Position numbers and translations under genes: made by a program. The notes beneath the pieces were generated by a model. That model had not been told where the DNA came from. It searched no databases and was given only the letters and a program-made list of their open reading frames with translations. A stretch of 64,000 nt of DNA, from contig OY781945.1 in NCBI GenBank assembly GCA_963677435.1, positions 160,001 through 224,000 of the forward strand. Reading direction: 5' to 3'. Of the stretch, positions 29,548 through 40,165 are shown piece by piece (the stretch's first letter is position 1; each line of letters starts with the position of its first letter). The stretch comes from an uncultured Aliarcobacter sp. (GTDB lineage: Bacteria; Campylobacterota; Campylobacteria; Campylobacterales; Arcobacteraceae).

Positions 29548-30705
29548 TTACTTAAAATTTAGTGTAAAGATTGTACCTTTATTTATTTGTGATTCTATAT
29601 TGATTTTTATATTATAAATTTTACAAATTTTATTTACAATATTTAAACCAATTCCAAAACCACCTTGTTCTTGTGTTGCTCTATAATATCTGTTATAAAT
29701 ATCCTCTATTTTATCTTTTTCAATTCCTATTCCCGTATCAGATATTGTTAATATATTATTTTGAAGTATTACATCTATCGTTCCAGCAATTTTATTGTAT
29801 TTTATTGCATTTGAAATTAGATTGTTAAATATTCTAATAAAATCATCTTTATTTATTTTATAAAAGGTATCTTCTATATTTTTATTTAAAGTAATTCGTT
29901 TTTTTGATGATAATAACTCTAAATATTCTAATTGTTCATTTATCAAATCTTTTAAATTAAATTCTTGAATATTTTTTATTGTTTCTCTATCTTCTAAAAA
30001 TAGATAAGTTAAATCATTGTAGATTTCAGAGACTCGTTTTGCACTTATTTTTATTCTTTCAATCTGTTTTTCAGTGAGGTTTTTATTTTCAGTTGACATT
30101 AAAATAGCACTAATTGGAGTATTTAATTCGTGGGTTGTATCTTTAATGAAGTTATTTAACTTCTCTCGTTCTTCTTTTATAGGCTTTAAAAAAAGTTTTG
30201 CTAAATAAAATCCAATAATTGCAATAATTAAATAAATAGCAAAAAATACACTAATTATATTTAATTTTAATTCATCAATTTTTTTAAAATACATATTCTC
30301 TTTTAATGCAATATAATAGATATCTAAATGACCTAAAACTGAATCATCTACTAAAATAAAACTATTTTTTGTTTCAATAATTTTTTTCGTAAAATCTATA
30401 TTTTCATCAAGATTTCCAAATATTTTATTTTGATTTTTATCATAAAAAGATATTTTATAATCTTTTTTATCTAAGAGTTTTTGCTTATTAAATTCACTTC
30501 CTCTCATGTGAGAAAGTATAATTTCTGAGGAGATTTTTGAGACTTCATTTTGCATATTTGATTTAGTTAAATCATAATACAAAATTTTTTCATTTTGATA
30601 ATAAAGAATAGTAATAAGTACCATTAAAATAAATGATGCACCTAAATATAAAGATAAAAATCTAAAAAAAGTACTCTTTTCACTTCTTGTTAAATCTATA
30701 ACCAA
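29548..30705 (-). CDS. Sensor histidine kinase (CrdS-like)
   Basis: Two TMs, DTTHELNTP, NLISNAIKY, DTGIGI, GFGIGL. Confidence 0.92.
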   Translation of the reverse strand: MVIDLTRSEKSTFFRFLSLYLGASFILMVLITILYYQNEKILYYDLTKSNMQNEVSKISSEIILSHMRGSEFNKQKLLDKKDYKISFYDKNQNKIFGNLDENIDFTKKIIETKNSFILVDDSVLGHLDIYYIALKENMYFKKIDELKLNIISVFFAIYLIIAIIGFYLAKLFLKPIKEEREKLNNFIKDTTHELNTPISAILMSTENKNLTEKQIERIKISAKRVSEIYNDLTYLFLEDRETIKNIQEFNLKDLINEQLEYLELLSSKKRITLNKNIEDTFYKINKDDFIRIFNNLISNAIKYNKIAGTIDVILQNNILTISDTGIGIEKDKIEDIYNRYYRATQEQGGFGIGLNIVNKICKIYNIKINIESQINKGTIFTLNFK

Positions 30706-31342
30706 CTCCTCTTAAATTTATTATATATTCATCCCCTAAATATTTTCTAAGATTTTTAATGTATGTTCTAATTGTTGATGAAAGAGGAGCATCTTCATAC
30801 GCCCAAACATTAAGACTAAGCTCTTCAATACTTACAGTTTTGGCACTATTATTTATCAAATATTCTAAAACTTCGCACTCTTTTTTAGCTATATGTATCT
30901 TATTTTGTTCTTTTTTAATAAAAAGATTTTTTTTGTCTAAATATATATCTTTTGATATTTGTATTAAATTTTCATTTTCAATATTAAATAATCTTTTAAT
31001 ATTATTTATTCTTATATCTAATTCTTTTAATTCGAAGGGTTTTTTTATGTAGTCATCACAACCAGATTTAAAACCTTTTTCTATATCATCTACTTGATTT
31101 AGAGAGGTTAAAAATATGGCTGGTGTAAGAATCTCTTTGAGTCTTAAATCTTTTAATAGTTCAAAGCCATTTAATAAAGGAACATTTACATCTAAAAGTA
31201 ATAAATCAAATTTTTTGCTGTAAAGCAAATCTTGTGCGTCAAAACCTGTAAAAACAGTTGTTATCTCGTGGTTTTGTGAAATTAAATGTTCTTCAATAAT
31301 TTCACTAAGTATTAAATCATCTTCTAATAATAATATTTTCAT
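30680..31342 (-). CDS. OmpR-family response regulator (CrdR-like)
   Basis: LLEDD, LLDVNVP, DDYIKKPF, RTYIKNLRK, RGVGY. Confidence 0.93.
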   Translation of the reverse strand: MKILLLEDDLILSEIIEEHLISQNHEITTVFTGFDAQDLLYSKKFDLLLLDVNVPLLNGFELLKDLRLKEILTPAIFLTSLNQVDDIEKGFKSGCDDYIKKPFELKELDIRINNIKRLFNIENENLIQISKDIYLDKKNLFIKKEQNKIHIAKKECEVLEYLINNSAKTVSIEELSLNVWAYEDAPLSSTIRTYIKNLRKYLGDEYIINLRGVGYRFNKK

Positions 31343-31445
31343 AATAATCCTTGAAAAATTATATCATAAAAGAAATATCATTTCTGATTGTGTTAAGTTG
31401 TATAAAAAGGAAGTAGGGCTTTAAAAAACCACTACTTATCTTAAA

Positions 31446-31712
31446 TTAGAATTGTCTTCTTGGTCTTTCTTCTCTAGGTTTAGCTTCATTAACTCTTAAA
31501 GTTCTACCTTCGCTCTCATTACCATTTAAAGCTTCGATTGCTTTAGTACCAGCTGATGAATCTTCCATTTCAATAAAACCAAAACCTTTTGATTTTCCTG
31601 TTTCTCTATCCATAATAACTTTTGCACTTTTTACTGCACCAAACTTTAAGAAAAGTTCTTCTAAATCTTTATCATTTGTTCTATATGATAAATTTCCTAC
31701 GTAAATATTCAT
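31446..31712 (-). CDS. RRM RNA-binding protein
   Basis: RNP2 IYVGNL, RNP1 KGFGFIEM, LRVNEAKPR. Confidence 0.95.
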   Translation of the reverse strand: MNIYVGNLSYRTNDKDLEELFLKFGAVKSAKVIMDRETGKSKGFGFIEMEDSSAGTKAIEALNGNESEGRTLRVNEAKPREERPRRQF

Positions 31713-31765
31713 CTATTTTGTCCTTTGTAAATGTATAGCTATTATGCCAGATTATTTTTAAATAA

Positions 31766-33175
31766 TCAAGTATTTTGAAAATTTCTTTTAAGAGCTTCTT
31801 TTAACCTTGTAGAAACCTCACCAAAACCTAATATAGAGATGATATCGTACACTGATGGCGCTTGAGTTCCACCAGTTAGTGCTATTCTAATTGGCTGAAA
31901 TAATTGAGGAAATTTTAATCCATTTTGCTCAATAAATGGTTTTGTAATTGCTTCAACATTTTCCACATTGTATAACTCATCTTTATTTTTTTCTAATAGC
32001 TCAAGATATTTTTCTAGGAAATCTTTTGTATCTTCTTTTACAAATTTTTGAACACCTTTTTCTTCATAAAAAGTAGGAACATCTAAAATATCTGTAACAG
32101 ATTTTTTTAGTTCAACTAAAGTTTGTGCTCTTTGTTTTGACAAGTCTAAAAGCTCTGTTCTTTTTGGATGAGTTGATAAATCCATATCAAAGAATTTTAA
32201 TTCTTCAATTAATCTATCATTTGATACAGCTTTTATATATTCACTATTTAACCATAAAAGTTTTTCACCATTAAACGAAGATGCTGATTTATTTAAGTTA
32301 TTTGGATCAAATAATTCTAACATTTCTTCCATTGAAAATATCTCTTGATCACCATGTGACCATCCAAGTCTTACTAAAAAGTTCAATAATGCTTCTGGTA
32401 AATAACCCAATCTTTTATAATCCATAACATCCATTGCACCATCTCTTTTAGATAGTTTTTTACCAGATGGATTGTTAATCATTGCAACATGATAGAATTT
32501 AGGAACTTTAAATCCTAAAGCATTATAAATTACAATTTGTTTTGGTGTATTTGATAAGTGGTCATCTCCTCTTATTACATCTGTCATTTCCATTAATGCA
32601 TCATCAATAGCAACAACAAAGTTATAAGTTGGCATTCCATTAGATCTAGCAATTACATAATCATCAACTTGATTAGCATCAAATTTCATATAACCTTTTA
32701 CACCATCATCAAATTCAATTGTTCCTGTCGTTGGTGCTTTGATTCTAATAACTGGTTCAATTCCTTCAGGAATTGGAGGTAAAACTTTCCCTTCTTCAGG
32801 TCTCCATGTACCATCATATCTTGGACTTTGTTTTGCAGCTTCTTGCGCAGCTCTTAAGCTATCCAATTCATCTTTACTCATGTAACATTTATATGCTTTA
32901 CCACTTTCAAGTAATTTATCAATATATATTTTATAAATATCTGTTCTTCTTGATTGATAGAATACTTCTCCATCATAATTTAATCCAACCCAATCAAAAG
33001 CATTAATAATAGCTTCCATCGCATCTTCATTATTTCTAGCTGTGTCTGTATCTTCAACTCTTAATCTAAATACTCCACCTGTTTTTCTTGCCCATAAATA
33101 ACTATATAAAGATGTTCGTAAACCTCCAATATGAAGGTAACCAGTTGGACTTGGTGCAAATCTTGTAATTGCCAT
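31766..33175 (-). CDS. gltX: Glutamate-tRNA ligase
   Basis: RFAPSPTGYLHIGG, IRGDDH, KLSKR. Confidence 0.97.
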   Translation of the reverse strand: MAITRFAPSPTGYLHIGGLRTSLYSYLWARKTGGVFRLRVEDTDTARNNEDAMEAIINAFDWVGLNYDGEVFYQSRRTDIYKIYIDKLLESGKAYKCYMSKDELDSLRAAQEAAKQSPRYDGTWRPEEGKVLPPIPEGIEPVIRIKAPTTGTIEFDDGVKGYMKFDANQVDDYVIARSNGMPTYNFVVAIDDALMEMTDVIRGDDHLSNTPKQIVIYNALGFKVPKFYHVAMINNPSGKKLSKRDGAMDVMDYKRLGYLPEALLNFLVRLGWSHGDQEIFSMEEMLELFDPNNLNKSASSFNGEKLLWLNSEYIKAVSNDRLIEELKFFDMDLSTHPKRTELLDLSKQRAQTLVELKKSVTDILDVPTFYEEKGVQKFVKEDTKDFLEKYLELLEKNKDELYNVENVEAITKPFIEQNGLKFPQLFQPIRIALTGGTQAPSVYDIISILGFGEVSTRLKEALKRNFQNT

Positions 33176-33179
33176 TAAA

Positions 33180-33281
33180 TTATTTCTCCTCTTCTTTTTT
33201 ATTTTGTATATAAAATCCTACGCCTGTTACTATTGCTACTGTTGCTATAAAGACTAATAATGATATCTCAAGAATTCCCAT
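33180..33281 (-). CDS. 33-aa single-TM microprotein (not in ORF track)
   Basis: MGILEISLLVFIATVAIVTGVGFYIQNKKEEEK*; SD AAGGAG; fills the rlmN-gltX gap. Confidence 0.7.
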   Translation of the reverse strand: MGILEISLLVFIATVAIVTGVGFYIQNKKEEEK

Positions 33282-34350
33282 TTGCTTCTTTCTCCTTTAG
33301 CTGCCCACAAGCAGCTGAGATATCAATACCTTTTGATTCTCTAATTGTACAGATTAACCCACGCTCATTTAAATAATCTTTGAATTTTAACATATCTTCA
33401 ACTTCAGGTCGCTGATATGTTGTTCCTGGATATGGATTAAAGAAAATTAAATTTACTTTTGCTTGTATTCCATTTAGAAGTTTGATTAGTTTTTTTGCAG
33501 CTTCAATAGAATCATTCTTATTTTTTATTACTAGATATTCAAACATAACTTTTTTTCTAGTATCTATTGGAAACTTTTTAACAGCATCAATAATTGAAGC
33601 GATATTATAGGCTTTATTCATAGGAATTAATTCACTTCTTAACTCATCATCAACAGCATGTAAAGAGATAGCTAATTGAATTCCTAAATCAATTTTTCCT
33701 AATTTTTCTATTTTTGATGCAATTCCTGAAGTTGAAACTGTTTGTCTTCTTCTTGAAATTGCAAGTCCATCAAGTTCTGAGAATATAGAAACTGCTTTTA
33801 TAAAGTTTTCAAAGTTATCAAGAGGTTCACCCATTCCCATATATACAATATTTAAAGCTTTATTTTCAGCTATATCATTGTCTCTTTTTATATTTACAAT
33901 TTGAGCTATATACTCTCCAACTGTAAGATTTCGTACAAATCCACCTTTTGCAGTTAGACAAAAAGTACAGCCAACTTTACAGCCAACTTGTGATGAGATA
34001 CAAACAGTATATTTTTCACTTCGAACAATGTTTCCATCTTCATCTTTTTTCTTGTCTTTCATTAAAAGTAAAACAGCTTCAACTGTGTGGTCATCTCTTA
34101 ATTTAAAAAGATATTTAATACTTCCATCAATACTTTGCTCTTTTTTAACAATAGTCATAACATCTAAGGGATAGTTTGCTTTTAAATCTTCTTTTAATTC
34201 ATTTGGTATATTTTTCATATCATCATAAGAGTTTGCATACTTTTTATAAAGCCAGTTATAAACTTGTTTTGCTCTAAATGATGGTTTTAATTTTTCTTTT
34301 AATTCATCTAATGTGTAATCATATATAGATGGTAGTCCTTCTTTTGCCAT
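33268..34350 (-). CDS. rlmN: Dual-specificity RNA methyltransferase RlmN
   Basis: CISSQVGCKVGCTFC, MGMGEP, SLHA, DISAACGQL. Confidence 0.96.
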   Translation of the reverse strand: MAKEGLPSIYDYTLDELKEKLKPSFRAKQVYNWLYKKYANSYDDMKNIPNELKEDLKANYPLDVMTIVKKEQSIDGSIKYLFKLRDDHTVEAVLLLMKDKKKDEDGNIVRSEKYTVCISSQVGCKVGCTFCLTAKGGFVRNLTVGEYIAQIVNIKRDNDIAENKALNIVYMGMGEPLDNFENFIKAVSIFSELDGLAISRRRQTVSTSGIASKIEKLGKIDLGIQLAISLHAVDDELRSELIPMNKAYNIASIIDAVKKFPIDTRKKVMFEYLVIKNKNDSIEAAKKLIKLLNGIQAKVNLIFFNPYPGTTYQRPEVEDMLKFKDYLNERGLICTIRESKGIDISAACGQLKEKEANGNS

Positions 34351-34371
34351 TGTAATTTATCCAGTATTTTA

Positions 34372-34908
34372 TTATTTTATTATATTTTTTTCTATTAAAT
34401 ATTTTGTTAATTTATCCATTGCCTCTTTGTGATTTTTTATAAAATCTTCATGGGCATTTTCATTTGTATAATTTGTTATTACGAATATTCCAGCAACTGG
34501 AATTTCAAACTCTTTTGCTACACTTAAAATTGAAAAGAATTCCATATTTTCAATTCCAACTCCATATTCATTAAACTCTTTGCATAATTTTTCATTTGTT
34601 GATATATAGTTTGATGAGTTTACAATTGTGTCATTTCTTGCAAATTTATTTTCAGATTCTAAGACATTATCAAGTGGAGTATAAGCACTTTGTGTTAAAA
34701 ATCCAAGTTCTATATTTGAAGCTCTTTTTGATTCAACAATATCAAAAACTTTATTGTTACCATAAGATCCAGCACTTCCAACAAAAAGTAAATAATCTGG
34801 TTTATCAAACAGACACATTCTTGTAAGGTTTATGGCACTTTCTATTAAACCAACACCAATTGGATGAGCAAAAGGGAAAGTTTCATTTCTTCCAGCACAA
34901 ATAATCAT
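34372..34908 (-). CDS. PNP/MTA-nucleosidase superfamily protein
   Basis: GVGLIESA, VGSAGSY, ENMEF, ITNY. Confidence 0.75.
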   Translation of the reverse strand: MIICAGRNETFPFAHPIGVGLIESAINLTRMCLFDKPDYLLFVGSAGSYGNNKVFDIVESKRASNIELGFLTQSAYTPLDNVLESENKFARNDTIVNSSNYISTNEKLCKEFNEYGVGIENMEFFSILSVAKEFEIPVAGIFVITNYTNENAHEDFIKNHKEAMDKLTKYLIEKNIIK

Positions 34909-35597
34909 TTACATTCCAATACAAAATTTGGGCTTATTGTGATATTTTGCTCACTATTCATAGGTGCAACATCAGCAACTTTTTTTGACATACTTGAATA
35001 TAACATTTCACTTCTAGCATAAACAATATTTCCCGTGTTTGTTTCAGAAATATTTATTTTTGTAACTTCACAATTTTTAGATATTGAAGTAGATAAAGAT
35101 TTCGAATAGGCTTCTATCCAATGAATAGCATCTAATCTTAAATCATCAAAACTTTTGTTTTGTAAATCATCACTAATATTCCATGCAACATTTGAAATAT
35201 TCAATTTTACATCGTCTGATTTTATGCTGTCTTTTATAGAAATTAATTTATCCATAAAACTGTTTAATTCTTTTGCGTCTTTTGATTCAGCTGAATATCT
35301 TATATTTCCAATATAACCAACAAACTCTTGTTTATTATCATAATATTTATATTTTGGACTTAATGTAAAGCTCCCATTTTTTAAAGTTACATTAGTAGTT
35401 TTTTTTATAAAATTATTAAACTTTTCAATTTCAATATTAACTGCATTTTCATTTTTCTTTTCTACGCTAACATTAATATTTGTTGTTAGTAAATCAGGAT
35501 TTACAACTTTTGAGAAACCCTTATTAAAATTTAGTTCATAAGAAAATGACAAAACTGGTAATAAACATAAAGTCATTCCAAATAATATTTTTTTCAT
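34905..35597 (-). CDS. SIMPL (DUF541)-like periplasmic protein
   Basis: Signal peptide, VNPD..., LSPKYKY...FVGY. Confidence 0.7.
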   Translation of the reverse strand: MKKILFGMTLCLLPVLSFSYELNFNKGFSKVVNPDLLTTNINVSVEKKNENAVNIEIEKFNNFIKKTTNVTLKNGSFTLSPKYKYYDNKQEFVGYIGNIRYSAESKDAKELNSFMDKLISIKDSIKSDDVKLNISNVAWNISDDLQNKSFDDLRLDAIHWIEAYSKSLSTSISKNCEVTKINISETNTGNIVYARSEMLYSSMSKKVADVAPMNSEQNITISPNFVLECK

Positions 35598-35615
35598 TTT
35601 ATATCCTTTTTCTTT

Positions 35616-36377
35616 TTATATTCTTACGGGAATATTATTAGCTCTTAAATATCTTTTTAAATCCATAATATCTATTTCTTTAAAGTGGAATATTGATGCT
35701 GCAAGAGCTGCACTTGCTCCGCATTCAAAAGCTTCTTTTATATGTTCCATAGTTCCAGCACCACCACTTGCAATTACTGGAATATCTACAAGTTTTGAGA
35801 TTTGACCTGTAATATTTAGTTCAAATCCAGTTTTAGCACCATCTGTATCCATAGAAGTTAAAAGTATTTCACCAGCACCTCTATCATAAACTTCTTTTGC
35901 CCAAGCTAATGCATCAAGTCCAGTATCTTCTCTTCCACCTTTTACAAAAACATGATAAGAACCATCTGCGACTCTTTTTACATCAATAGCTACAACAATA
36001 CATTGAGAACCAAATCTTTTTGAGCTTTCATTTATTAAATTTGGGTTTGTAACGGCTGAAGAGTTAATTGAAACTTTGTCACATCCAACATTAAGTAGAG
36101 AATAAATATCTTCAAGTTTTCGAATTCCTCCACCAACTGTTAAAGGAATAAAAACTTCTTGAGCAACTTTTTTTACAATATCAACTATTGTTCCTCTATT
36201 TTCATGACTAGCTGTAATATCTAGAAAAGTAAGCTCATCAGCTCCCTCTGCGTTATATCTTTTTGCAACTTCAACAGGATCACCTGCATCCCTTAATCCA
36301 ACGAAGTTTACACCCTTTACAACTCGTCCATTATCAACATCTAAACATGGTATTATTCTTTTTGCAAAACTACTCAA
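35616..36377 (-). CDS. hisF: Imidazole glycerol phosphate synthase cyclase subunit
   Basis: [30 protein letters not shown]. Confidence 0.97.
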   Translation of the reverse strand: MSSFAKRIIPCLDVDNGRVVKGVNFVGLRDAGDPVEVAKRYNAEGADELTFLDITASHENRGTIVDIVKKVAQEVFIPLTVGGGIRKLEDIYSLLNVGCDKVSINSSAVTNPNLINESSKRFGSQCIVVAIDVKRVADGSYHVFVKGGREDTGLDALAWAKEVYDRGAGEILLTSMDTDGAKTGFELNITGQISKLVDIPVIASGGAGTMEHIKEAFECGASAALAASIFHFKEIDIMDLKRYLRANNIPVRI

Positions 36378-36450
36378 ATATAATCCTTCTTAATAACTAA
36401 ATATTATCTTATCTAATTGTAAGTTAAAAGCAGATATACTCCTTCCAATT

Positions 36451-37245
36451 ATGGAAAAAGTAAAAGCAAAAAAACAATACGGACAAAACTTTTTAAAAGA
36501 TACGACAATTTTGGATAAGATCATCCAATCGATGCCCAACAACAATAACTATGTCGTGGAAATTGGGCCTGGATTAGGTGATTTGACCAAAAATTTAGTC
36601 AAGTACAAAGATATGACTGCTTATGAAGTTGATACTGATTTAATTGGTATTTTAAAGTCTAAATTTGCAATAGAAATAGAAGAGGGTAGACTAAAACTGA
36701 TCCACACAGATGTTTTAGAGGCTTGGGATAAGCAGAAAACCCTACATGACGGTAAATATGACTTAATAGCAAACTTACCGTACTATATTGCAACAAACAT
36801 TATATTAAGAGCATTTGAAGATAAAGCTTGTGAAAATATTATAGTAATGGTTCAAAAAGAGGTTGCCGAAAAATTTACTGCAAAAGTAAATGATAAGGAA
36901 TTTTCTTCTTTAGGAATAATTACTGATTTAATGTCAATTGATTCAAGGATACTTTTCGATGTTCCTCCTGAATCTTTTGATCCACCTCCAAAAGTTATAT
37001 CTTCAATTCTTTACATTAAAAAGGATATGAATAAATTCCTAGATAAAGATTTTAACAAGTTTTTAAAAGCCTGCTTTGTGCAGCCTAGGAAAAAACTTTC
37101 TAAAAATCTTACATCTGTATTGGATAAAAATTCTATATCTAAAATGTATGAAGAATTAAATGTCGATGATAATGTTAGACCTCATGAAGTAAGTTCATCT
37201 TTGTATAGCCAAATGCATACAAGGGTAAAAAATGGAAGAAATTAA
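36451..37245 (+). CDS. rsmA: 16S rRNA dimethyladenosine transferase
   Basis: GQNFL, EIGPGLG, ANLPYYI, MVQKEVA. Confidence 0.96.
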   Translation: MEKVKAKKQYGQNFLKDTTILDKIIQSMPNNNNYVVEIGPGLGDLTKNLVKYKDMTAYEVDTDLIGILKSKFAIEIEEGRLKLIHTDVLEAWDKQKTLHDGKYDLIANLPYYIATNIILRAFEDKACENIIVMVQKEVAEKFTAKVNDKEFSSLGIITDLMSIDSRILFDVPPESFDPPPKVISSILYIKKDMNKFLDKDFNKFLKACFVQPRKKLSKNLTSVLDKNSISKMYEELNVDDNVRPHEVSSSLYSQMHTRVKNGRN

Positions 37246-39193
37246 AAACGAAGAAAAAGTTGTTGTAACTTCACCAATTATTGTTGAAAACGACTCACAA
37301 AATGCAGTAAATAGTGTAACTGTAGTTAACTCAGAAACTGCAGAAAATACAGAAACAAAAAAACCACCTTTCAAAAAAAGAAAGCCGAAACCTAAAGTTC
37401 CAAGAGAGAATCAAATCAATCAACAAGTTAAAGGTGATGGATGGATTACAGACCTTAAAAAAGCTTATTTGGTAAATGAAAAAATACATAGAGATAGATT
37501 AAACCCTCACTATAAATTAAACTTAAATACTACAGCCAAACTTAAAATTACTCCACTTGGAGGATTAGGTGAGATTGGTGGAAATATGATGGTTATTGAA
37601 ACTGAAAATGAAGCAATAATTGTTGATGTTGGTATGAGTTTCCCTGATGAAAATATGCACGGTGTTGATATTTTAATCCCAGATTTTACTTATATTAGAG
37701 AAATCAAAGATAAAATCGTTGCTATTATTATTACTCATGGTCATGAAGATCATATTGGTGCAATGCCATATTTATTTAAAGAGATGCAATTCCCTGTTTA
37801 TGGAACTTCATTACCTTTAGAAATGATTGGTTCAAAATTTGATGAACATAAAATGAGAGAGCATAGATCTTTATTTAGAGCTATTCAAAAAAGAACTCCA
37901 ATAAAAATTGGAAATGAATTTGAAGTTGAATGGATGCATGTTACTCACTCAATCATTGATTCATCATGTATTGCTGTTAAAACAGCTGCTGGAACTATGA
38001 TTCATACAGGTGACTTTAAAATTGACCATACTCCAATTGATGGATTTCCAACAGATTTACATAGAATTGCACATTATGGAGAAGAAGGTGTTTTAGTTTT
38101 AACATCTGATTCAACTAATTCTCACTCTCCTGGATTTACAAGAACTGAAAAAACAGTTGGACCTACTTTTGATAGAATATTTCAAAATGCAAAAGGTAGA
38201 GTTATTATGTCTACTTTCTCATCAAATATTCACAGAGTTGCGCAAGCTATTGAAAAAGCACTTTTCCATAACAGAAAAATCTGTGTTATTGGAAGATCAA
38301 TGGAGAAAAACTTAGAACTTGCAATGAGTCTTGGTTATATCAAATTCCCAAAAGATCAGTTTATTGAAGCACATGAAGTAAATAAATATAATGATAAAGA
38401 AGTTTTAATTGTAACAACTGGTTCGCAAGGTGAATCAATGTCTGCACTTTATAGAATGGCAATTCATGAACATAGACATATTAAAATTAAACCTGAAGAT
38501 CAAATAATTCTTTCAGCAAAAGCAATTCCAGGAAATGAAGGAAGTGTTTCTGAAATTATAAATCATTTATTAAAAGCTGGTGCAAAAGTAGCATATCAAG
38601 ATTATCCAGATATTCATGTTTCAGGACATGCTGCACAAGAAGAGCAAAAATTAATGCTAAGACTTGTTAAACCTAAATTCTTTTTACCAGTTCATGGTGA
38701 ATATAATCATGCTTTAAAACATGGTCAAACAGGTATTGATTGTGGTGTTTTAGAAAGAAATGTTTACATTATGAGTGATGGTGAACAAATCGAAGTTACA
38801 CCAAAATATCTTAAAAAAGTAAAAACTGTTAAAACAGGAAAAGTTTATATTGATAATCAATTAAATTTCAAAATTTCTGATGATATAATTTTAGATAGAC
38901 AAACTATGGCAAACGAAGGTGTTGTTATGATTGTTGCTCAAATAAATGAGAGCGATAGAACATTAGCACAAAAACCAAGAGTTACATCATTTGGTTTAGT
39001 ATCTGATAAACAAGATAAATTCTTCTCAAAAGAAATTGAAGATTTATTAACAACTTTCTTAGATAATATTAAACCTGGTATTTTACAAAATAATAGAATA
39101 TTAGAAGATGAATTAAGAAAAGTTGTAAGAAAACATTGTACAAGAAAATATAAAAAATATCCAATGATAGTACCAACAATCTTCGTTCAATAA
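37232..39193 (+). CDS. rnj: Ribonuclease J (with N-terminal low-complexity extension)
   Basis: PLGGLGEIGGN, THGHEDHIG, HTGDFK, HVSGHA, PVHGE. Confidence 0.96.
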   Translation: MEEIKNEEKVVVTSPIIVENDSQNAVNSVTVVNSETAENTETKKPPFKKRKPKPKVPRENQINQQVKGDGWITDLKKAYLVNEKIHRDRLNPHYKLNLNTTAKLKITPLGGLGEIGGNMMVIETENEAIIVDVGMSFPDENMHGVDILIPDFTYIREIKDKIVAIIITHGHEDHIGAMPYLFKEMQFPVYGTSLPLEMIGSKFDEHKMREHRSLFRAIQKRTPIKIGNEFEVEWMHVTHSIIDSSCIAVKTAAGTMIHTGDFKIDHTPIDGFPTDLHRIAHYGEEGVLVLTSDSTNSHSPGFTRTEKTVGPTFDRIFQNAKGRVIMSTFSSNIHRVAQAIEKALFHNRKICVIGRSMEKNLELAMSLGYIKFPKDQFIEAHEVNKYNDKEVLIVTTGSQGESMSALYRMAIHEHRHIKIKPEDQIILSAKAIPGNEGSVSEIINHLLKAGAKVAYQDYPDIHVSGHAAQEEQKLMLRLVKPKFFLPVHGEYNHALKHGQTGIDCGVLERNVYIMSDGEQIEVTPKYLKKVKTVKTGKVYIDNQLNFKISDDIILDRQTMANEGVVMIVAQINESDRTLAQKPRVTSFGLVSDKQDKFFSKEIEDLLTTFLDNIKPGILQNNRILEDELRKVVRKHCTRKYKKYPMIVPTIFVQ

Positions 39194-39202
39194 GGAATAT
39201 AT

Positions 39203-40165
39203 ATGAATTTTAAACAAATAATAAAAGATGTTTTATTAACTGAGGCTAATGAGCTTGAAAAAGCTGCTCAAAAAGTCTCTTTTGATATTGAAAAAGCTAT
39301 TGATTTGATTATAAATTCAAAAGGTAAACTTATTATTACAGGTGTTGGAAAATCTGGACTTGTAGGAACAAAAATTGCTGCAACACTTGCAAGTACTGGA
39401 ACAAGCTCTTTTTTTCTTCATCCAACTGAAGCCATGCATGGTGATTTAGGAATGGTTGGTAAAGAAGATATTGTTCTTGGTATTTCATATAGTGGTGAGA
39501 GTGATGAATTAGTTCAAATCCTTCCACATTTAAAGAGATTTAATATTCCTTTAATTGCAATGGCTAGAAATCCTGAATCAACTCTTGCTAAATATGCAGA
39601 TATTTTTATAAATATCAATGTAGAAAAAGAGGGTTGTCCACTTGATGCTGCTCCAATGTCATCTACAACTTTAACAATGGCAATGGGTGATGCAATAGCA
39701 GTTTGTTTAATGAAAAAGAGAGATTTTAAAAAAGAAGATTTTGCATCATTTCATCCAGGAGGAAGTTTAGGTAAAAAACTTTTTATTAAAGTTGATGATT
39801 TATTAAGAAAAGAAAATCTTCCAGTAGTTTCACGTGAAACAAAACTTAAAGATGCAATTTTGATAATGAGTGAGGGAAGATTAGGAAGTGTAATTATTGA
39901 AGATGAAAATAAAAAAGTAATTGCGCTTTTAAGTGATGGGGATTTAAGACGAGCTTTAATGAATGATAATTTTTCAATGGATTGTAAAGTAGAAGATATT
40001 GCTACAAAAAATCCAAAAAAATTAAAAAACAAAGAGCTTTTAGCAAGTGATGCACTGCAAATAATAGAAGATTATAAAATACAGCTATTAATTGTAACTG
40101 ATGAAAATGATAAATTAGTTGGTGTATTACATATTCATGATTTAATTGAAGCTGGTATAAAATGA
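39203..40165 (+). CDS. kdsD: Arabinose-5-phosphate isomerase (SIS + CBS)
   Basis: GVGKSG, HPTEAMHGDLG, FHPGGSLG, CBS pair. Confidence 0.92.
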   Translation: MNFKQIIKDVLLTEANELEKAAQKVSFDIEKAIDLIINSKGKLIITGVGKSGLVGTKIAATLASTGTSSFFLHPTEAMHGDLGMVGKEDIVLGISYSGESDELVQILPHLKRFNIPLIAMARNPESTLAKYADIFININVEKEGCPLDAAPMSSTTLTMAMGDAIAVCLMKKRDFKKEDFASFHPGGSLGKKLFIKVDDLLRKENLPVVSRETKLKDAILIMSEGRLGSVIIEDENKKVIALLSDGDLRRALMNDNFSMDCKVEDIATKNPKKLKNKELLASDALQIIEDYKIQLLIVTDENDKLVGVLHIHDLIEAGIK

